Source of the DNA: Archangiaceae bacterium
Lineage (GTDB): Bacteria; Myxococcota; Myxococcia; Myxococcales; Myxococcaceae
Length of the DNA: 12,232 nt
Assembly (NCBI GenBank): GCA_043750125.1
Contig: JAYVCD010000049.1
Location: 1 to 12,232 of the forward strand
Reading direction: 5' to 3'
Shown here one piece after another: positions 7,296 through 12,232 of the stretch. The notes beneath the pieces are model-generated. The model saw only the letters and a program-made list of their open reading frames with translations. It was not told where the DNA came from and made no database searches. Numbering within the stretch: position 1 is the first letter of the stretch; every line of letters begins with the position of its first letter. The translations under genes and the position numbers were made by a program.

Positions 7296-8522
7296 ATGCA
7301 CGTCGTGTTCATCGAGCCCCGCTTCCCGGCCAACCAGCGGCACTTCGTTCGCGCGCTGAAGGAAGTCGGAGCGACGGTCACCGCCATCGGCGAGGGCTCG
7401 AAGGACTCGCTGTCCGGTGACATGCGCGACTGGCTGACCCACTACGAGCAGGTCGACTCGGTGGTGAACGAGGAAGCGGTGTTGAAGGCGGCGCGCTTCG
7501 TCCACGCCAAACGGAAGATCGACCGGATCGAAGCGGTGGTCGAAGCGCACATCATGCCCACCGCCCACGTGCGAGAAGCGTTGGGCATCGCGGGCACGTC
7601 GGCGCGTTCGGCGTACCTGTGCCGAGACAAGCCTTCGATGAAAGAGCTGCTGCGCAAAGGCGGCATCAGCTGCGCCCAGTCGACGGCCGCCGGCTCGATG
7701 GACGAGCTCGTCGCCTTCGCCCAGCAGGTCGGCTTCCCGTTGATCATCAAGCCGCGCGATGGCGCCGGCGCCTCGGGGACTTCGCGGGTCACCCACCTCA
7801 CCGAGCTTCAACAAGCCGGGCGCGCGCTGGGCGTGGACAAGGGCCGCTCGGTCGCGGTCGAAGAATTCATCGAAGGCCACGAGGGCTTCTACGACACGCT
7901 GTGCGTCGGTGGACGCGTGGTGCACGACTTCGCCACCCACTACTACCCCAACGTGCTCGAGGCGATGCGCACCCGGTGGATCAACCCCCAGTTCATCACC
8001 ACCAACCGCATCGATTCGGCCCCTTCCTACCGGGAACTGAAAGTGATGGGACAAAAGGCGGTGCAGCTGCTCGAGCTGGGCACCTCGGCCACCCACATGG
8101 AATGGTTCTCGGGTCCCAAGGGGATCAAATTTTCGGAAATCGGCTGCCGCCCTCCGGGGGTGCGGGCGTGGGACCTGTACAACGTGGCCAACGACCTCGA
8201 CTTGTACCGCGAGTGGGCGATGGGCCTCGTGCACCAGCGGCCCAGCGCCCAACCTTCGCGGCGCTTCTCGGCCGGAATGATTGCGCTGCGGCCCGAGTGC
8301 GACGGCCACATCACCGGGTACGACGGCCTGGGCCAGATTGAGCAGGCGTTTGGAAAGTGGATCATCGACGCCCACCTTCCTCCCGAGGGCACGGCGACGC
8401 AGTCGGTGTCGGCGGGTTACATGGCCAACGCGTGGATGAGATTCAAGCACCCGGACTACGACGAGCTGCGCCGAATGCTCGATGCCGTCGGCCAGACGGT
8501 GAAGGTGCGCGCGAGGCAATGA
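7296..8522 (+). CDS. ATP-grasp domain carboxylate-amine ligase-like protein (408 aa)
   Basis: CRDKPSMKELL, GFPLIIKPRDGAGASGT, VEEFIEGHEG, THMEWF, FSEIGCRPPG. The start is ATG 7296 (MHVVFIEPRFPANQ); the track's extension to 6825 is Arg-rich junk overlapping the repeat gene. Confidence 0.9.
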   Translation: MHVVFIEPRFPANQRHFVRALKEVGATVTAIGEGSKDSLSGDMRDWLTHYEQVDSVVNEEAVLKAARFVHAKRKIDRIEAVVEAHIMPTAHVREALGIAGTSARSAYLCRDKPSMKELLRKGGISCAQSTAAGSMDELVAFAQQVGFPLIIKPRDGAGASGTSRVTHLTELQQAGRALGVDKGRSVAVEEFIEGHEGFYDTLCVGGRVVHDFATHYYPNVLEAMRTRWINPQFITTNRIDSAPSYRELKVMGQKAVQLLELGTSATHMEWFSGPKGIKFSEIGCRPPGVRAWDLYNVANDLDLYREWAMGLVHQRPSAQPSRRFSAGMIALRPECDGHITGYDGLGQIEQAFGKWIIDAHLPPEGTATQSVSAGYMANAWMRFKHPDYDELRRMLDAVGQTVKVRARQ

Positions 8523-8523
8523 C

Positions 8524-9450
8524 GTGAAAGGCGCACTGCTGGGCCCCCAACACCTCACCGCGACCGTGAAGACGGTGGTCAATTCGCTCGCCCTCGATGC
8601 GCGGGTGGCGCTGGTGACGGCGGGCTGGCAGGAACGCGAAGACCAGGATTCCGAGCTTCACGAGCTGTTGGGAAAAAAGACGCTGAACCTGAACCTCTAC
8701 CAGCGCGGAGAGGACGTGTTCGCGACCGACAAGGAATACGCGAAGCTGCATCGCGCCCGGCAAGATCGGCTGCGGCAGCTGCAGGAATATTACCGCCTTC
8801 GCATCAACCGCTTCGGCGACGCGGCCCTCGACATCGCGCGGCTGTCGGCGGGAAGCGAGTACGAAGCCGACGAGGCGCGGATGTCGATCGAGAGCATCCG
8901 CAACTGTGATCTCGCCCACCTCGAGCACTGCCGGGCGTCGCGGGCCGACTTCGAGCGCGCAGCGACTCCGCTCGAGCGGCCGTCGATCGCCAAACACCGG
9001 CAGGAAATCATCGACATTCTGCGCAGCACCAAGGTGCTGGCCATCGCCGGCGGCCACGTCGCGGTGCTGCTCAACCGGCTGCGGATGTTCGGGATCGCCG
9101 AGCTGTTGGCCGACCAGGTGCTCGTCGCGTGGTCCGGGGGAGCGATGGTCACCAGCGACCGGGTGGTGCTGTTTCACGAGAGCCCTCCGCAGGGAGCCGG
9201 AATGTCCGAGGTGATGGACGAAGGCCTTTCGCTGCACCACGGGATCGTCCCCCTGCCCAACCCGCGCATGCGGCTGCGGCTCGAAGATCCTCTGCGGGTG
9301 GGTTGGCTGGCGCGCCGAAATGATCCGACCCGCTGCATCGCGTTCGATCACGGGGAATACGTGATGTTCGACGGCCACAAATGGTTCGGCGCCTCGGGGA
9401 CCCAGTGGCTGAAGACCGACGGCACGGTGAGTCCGGTATGGGCGTCATGA
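8524..9450 (+). CDS. Class I glutamine amidotransferase-like fold protein, peptidase S51 (PepE/cyanophycinase)-like
   Basis: ALVTAGWQERE, LAIAGGHVAVLLNRL (compare S51 GG-N/D-T motif), nucleophile elbow AWSGGAM (Ser 9133-9135). Starts 1 bp after the upstream stop. Confidence 0.7.
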   Translation: MKGALLGPQHLTATVKTVVNSLALDARVALVTAGWQEREDQDSELHELLGKKTLNLNLYQRGEDVFATDKEYAKLHRARQDRLRQLQEYYRLRINRFGDAALDIARLSAGSEYEADEARMSIESIRNCDLAHLEHCRASRADFERAATPLERPSIAKHRQEIIDILRSTKVLAIAGGHVAVLLNRLRMFGIAELLADQVLVAWSGGAMVTSDRVVLFHESPPQGAGMSEVMDEGLSLHHGIVPLPNPRMRLRLEDPLRVGWLARRNDPTRCIAFDHGEYVMFDGHKWFGASGTQWLKTDGTVSPVWAS

Positions 9451-10586
9451 ACCCGCTGGCGATCGAGACGCTGAAGAAGGCCAAGCCCGATGCCGCGGCG
9501 ATCGACGCGTTCATGGCGGGCCGGGTCTTCCCCATCGTCGAAGGCGGGAAGGTGACGTTCGTCTTTCGAGGGGCCGCCGAAGCGGTCCACCTGAAGAGCT
9601 GGGTCTACGGCTTGCCCAACTCTCAGAATCTGCGTCGCATCGAAGGCACCGACTTCTGGTTTCTCACCCTCGACATCCCGGCCAAATCGCGGGTCGAATA
9701 CAAGCTCGAGATCGTCAACCACGGCCAGGGCCAGTGGATTGAAGACCCCCTCAATCCGTTTCGCGCCCGAGATCCCTTTGGCGCCAACTCGGTCGCCCAC
9801 GGCGAAGGGTACGCGGTTCCCGAATGGACGATGCCGGACTCCGAGGCCCGCTCGGGGGTGATGGAAGAGTGGATCATCAAGAGCACGGTCTTCAACGACA
9901 CCCGCGGGCTGCACGTCTACCTGCCGGCCCGGTTTCGCAAGACGCGCCGCTACCCGCTGTTGTTCGTGCACGACGGCCACGACTACGTGCGCTTCGCGAA
10001 CATGAAGACGGTGCTCGACAACCTGATTCATCGTCTGGAAATCCCTTCGATGATCGTGGCCTTCAGCAGCTCTTCGAATCGGCTGGGGGAATATGCCGAT
10101 GACCCCCGCCACGCAAAGTTCGTCACCGAAGAGGTGTTCCCCGACCTCGAGAGCCGCCTGCCGCTGATTGCCCAACCGCGCGCCCGCGGTTTGATGGGAG
10201 CCAGCTTCGGCGCCGTCGCAGCGCTGTCCACCGCGTTCACCTACCCCGGGTTCTACGGACGGCTGCTGTTGCAGTCGGGCTCGTTCGCCTTCAATGACAT
10301 CGGGACCCAGAACAAGCGCGGCCCGCTGTTCGACCCGATCATCTCGTTCATGAATCGCTTTCGCGCCGAGCCGATTCACGTCGCCGAAAAGGCCTTCGTC
10401 AGCTGTGGGATGCACGAGTCGCTGATCTACGAGAACCGGTCGCTGGTCCCCATGCTCCAGGCGACCGAGATGGAACTGAAGTACGTCGAAGCGCGCGATG
10501 GTCACAACTGGGAAAACTGGAGAGACCGGTTGCGCGAAGGTTTGTCGTGGCTGTTTCCTGGTCCGCTGTTGATGGTCTACGAATAG
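9447..10586 (+). CDS. Alpha/beta-hydrolase esterase (Fes/putative esterase family) with N-terminal CBM48/AMPK-beta-like domain
   Basis: ATGA overlap at 9447 (ATG 9438 is an alternative). HVYLPARF..RYPLLFVHDG, nucleophile GASFG (Ser 10203-10205), DGHNWENWR His motif. N-terminal VTFVFRG...VEYKLEI...WIEDPLNP...GANSV beta-sandwich. Confidence 0.87.
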   Translation: MNPLAIETLKKAKPDAAAIDAFMAGRVFPIVEGGKVTFVFRGAAEAVHLKSWVYGLPNSQNLRRIEGTDFWFLTLDIPAKSRVEYKLEIVNHGQGQWIEDPLNPFRARDPFGANSVAHGEGYAVPEWTMPDSEARSGVMEEWIIKSTVFNDTRGLHVYLPARFRKTRRYPLLFVHDGHDYVRFANMKTVLDNLIHRLEIPSMIVAFSSSSNRLGEYADDPRHAKFVTEEVFPDLESRLPLIAQPRARGLMGASFGAVAALSTAFTYPGFYGRLLLQSGSFAFNDIGTQNKRGPLFDPIISFMNRFRAEPIHVAEKAFVSCGMHESLIYENRSLVPMLQATEMELKYVEARDGHNWENWRDRLREGLSWLFPGPLLMVYE

Positions 10587-10595
10587 TATTTTTCG

Positions 10596-10602
10596 AAGGG
10601 GA
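10596..10602 (+). promoter_or_regulatory. Shine-Dalgarno sequence
   Basis: AAGGGGA 6 nt upstream of GTG 10609. Confidence 0.6.
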
Positions 10603-10608
10603 ATCTCC

Positions 10609-11853
10609 GTGGCTGCTGTGACTCGAAACATCGGTCTGTCGCTGGGCGCCGACATCTGTTGGCCCATCTGCTTCGAAGAGATCATGAGCCGGCTGCAGCT
10701 GCGCATTCCGTGGAAGGGCGACACGGTCGACTTCCACGTCGAGCGCGTCAGCATCGAGCCCTTCGCGATGAAGCAGGCGGTCAAGTACGACGTGGTCGTC
10801 GATCGCCTCACCCACTGGTACGGCACCACCCGCGAATGGATCAAGAAGGGCGTGCTGATGGACGGGCTGTACGTCTTCAACAACCCGTGGGGCGTGCAGT
10901 CGATGGAAAAGCACACCAGCTACGCGGCGATGACTGCGCTGGGAATGCCAGTGCCCGAGACGTGGATGATTCCTCCGAAGGCGTACAACGAGCTGCCCGA
11001 TCTGAAGCCGACGCTGAAGCAGTACGCGAAGCTGTTCGACCTGGGCGAAATCGGAAAGAAGATCGGCTACCCGATGTTCATGAAGCCGTACGACGGCGGG
11101 GGCTGGAAGGGCGTCAGCCGGATCAAGGACGAAGCGGCGCTGCGCAAGGCGTACGACGAGAGCGGCACCGCGGTGATGCACCTGCAAAAAGCGGTCGAGC
11201 CGTACGATCGGTTCGTGCGGACCATCGGCTTCGGGCCCCAGACCAGCTCGGTGCTCTACGACCCGGTGGCGCCGCTGCACGATCGCTACACGATGCAGCG
11301 CGACTTCGTTTCTGCCGCGGACCTGAAGATCTTGCAGGACACGACGCTGACCATCAATGCGTTCTTCGGGTGGGAATTCAATTCGTGCGAGACGCTGCGA
11401 AAAGACGGCATCTGGTACCCGATCGACTTCGCCAACCCCTGCCCCGATTCGCAGGTGACTTCGCTGCACTACCACTTTCCGTGGATGGTGAAGGCGTACC
11501 TGAAGTGGGCGATCTACTGCGCGACCACCAAGCGGAAGATGCGCAAGGCGTTCGATTGGGAGCCCTTCTACGACATCAGCCGGTTGCCGATTCCCTACCC
11601 CGAGAAGCTCGCCCGCTACGGCGAGCTGGCGCGGCTGCGGCTCGAGGCCGATCAGTTCGAAGAATTCGCCGGCACCCACCTGGCCAACCTCGAGGGGGTG
11701 GTGTGGGAATTCTTCGGCACCGACGTGGCGAAGGACGCGGTGCGAAAGAAGGTGACCGCGCTCTACCCGGCCAACGAGGTCGAGCAATTCACCGAGCTGT
11801 TCTGGAAACGCATCGGGGCCTGGCGCAGCGAGCAGAAGGCCGGGGCGCAGTGA
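10609..11853 (+). CDS. Second ATP-grasp domain protein (divergent RimK/glutathione-synthetase-like, 414 aa)
   Basis: VFNNPW..SMEKH..YAAMTALGMPVPETWMIP, IGYPMFMKPYDGGGWKGVSRI, MHLQKAV, FNSCE, YPIDFANPCPD. Confidence 0.85.
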   Translation: MAAVTRNIGLSLGADICWPICFEEIMSRLQLRIPWKGDTVDFHVERVSIEPFAMKQAVKYDVVVDRLTHWYGTTREWIKKGVLMDGLYVFNNPWGVQSMEKHTSYAAMTALGMPVPETWMIPPKAYNELPDLKPTLKQYAKLFDLGEIGKKIGYPMFMKPYDGGGWKGVSRIKDEAALRKAYDESGTAVMHLQKAVEPYDRFVRTIGFGPQTSSVLYDPVAPLHDRYTMQRDFVSAADLKILQDTTLTINAFFGWEFNSCETLRKDGIWYPIDFANPCPDSQVTSLHYHFPWMVKAYLKWAIYCATTKRKMRKAFDWEPFYDISRLPIPYPEKLARYGELARLRLEADQFEEFAGTHLANLEGVVWEFFGTDVAKDAVRKKVTALYPANEVEQFTELFWKRIGAWRSEQKAGAQ

Positions 11854-12232
11854 AGACCACCGGGCGTTGGCATTCGGCGCGGCTGCAACGCGAGGCGACC
11901 CTCGCGCGCTGGGGTCACTTCGGAACACCGGTATTGTTATTTCCCACCGCGGGCGGCGACGCCGAAGAGGTCGAGCGCTTCTTGATGCTGCAGGTGCTCG
12001 CGCCGCTGATCGACGCGGGGACGGTGAAGGTCTACTCGTGCGACAGCGTCGCGGGCAAGGCGATGGTCGAGCAAGAGGGCAGCCCGCAGCACCGGCAGTG
12101 GCTCTTGAACCAGTTTCACCAGTACGTGCGCCACGAGGTGGTCCCGGCGATCCGCCTCGACTGCAGCGCGCCCGAGCTCGAGCTGATCACCGCGGGGGCG
12201 TCGATCGGCGCCTTCCACGCGGTCGCGGCGCT
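11850..12232 (+). CDS. Esterase family alpha/beta hydrolase, N-terminal part, runs off window
   Basis: Not in ORF track. GTGA overlap. Manual translation MKTTGRWHSARLQREATLARWGHFGTPVLLFPTAGGDAEEVERFLMLQVLAPLIDAGTVKVYSCDSV...YVRHEVVPAIR...ITAGASIGAFHAVAA contains G-x-S-x-G (GASIG). Confidence 0.88.
   Translation, partial: MKTTGRWHSARLQREATLARWGHFGTPVLLFPTAGGDAEEVERFLMLQVLAPLIDAGTVKVYSCDSVAGKAMVEQEGSPQHRQWLLNQFHQYVRHEVVPAIRLDCSAPELELITAGASIGAFHAVAA

Noticed and set aside
9381-9446. Upstream start of the esterase given in the track
   Set aside because: It would overlap the preceding gene by 70 bp; the ATGA junction at 9447 is more plausible.
7296-9450. Canonical cyanophycin cphA/cphB locus
   Set aside because: The ligase is about 408 aa and lacks the Mur-ligase-like domain of CphA1, and the S51-like protein lacks the cyanophycinase GTSAGA and DQHF motifs.
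2168-11928. Long antisense or alternate-frame ORFs (e.g. 2168-3199+, 3339-5132+, 3967-5184-, 5196-6374-, 7236-8582-, 9348-10916-, 10399-11928-)
   Set aside because: Shadow ORFs expected in high-GC DNA; they overlap motif-supported genes and have no recognisable motifs.
11937-12218. 93-aa minus-strand ORF
   Set aside because: Antisense shadow of the edge-truncated esterase.

Overview
GC-rich bacterial window with two divergent blocks. The left block (minus strand, 1-3196) is a surface-polysaccharide segment: a Gfo/Idh/MocA sugar-nucleotide oxidoreductase, a DegT-family aminotransferase, and a Wzm/Wzt ABC exporter (wzt is cut by the window edge and missing from the ORF track). The right block (plus strand) has a large GT-C/YfhO-like membrane protein with a C-terminal Ig-like domain whose stop overlaps the start of glycogen synthase glgA. 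A small Pro/Thr-rich repeat ORF (four TSDR[F/W]GN[V/I]I motifs, probably minus strand) follows. Then comes a tightly coupled operon of unknown function: ATP-grasp ligase, peptidase S51/GATase-like protein, esterase with a CBM48-like N-terminus, second ATP-grasp ligase, and second esterase (cut by the edge, missing from the ORF track). This glgA-adjacent ligase/hydrolase operon and the repeat protein are the best candidates for an undescribed system. All family assignments come from motif recognition by eye; no searches were run.
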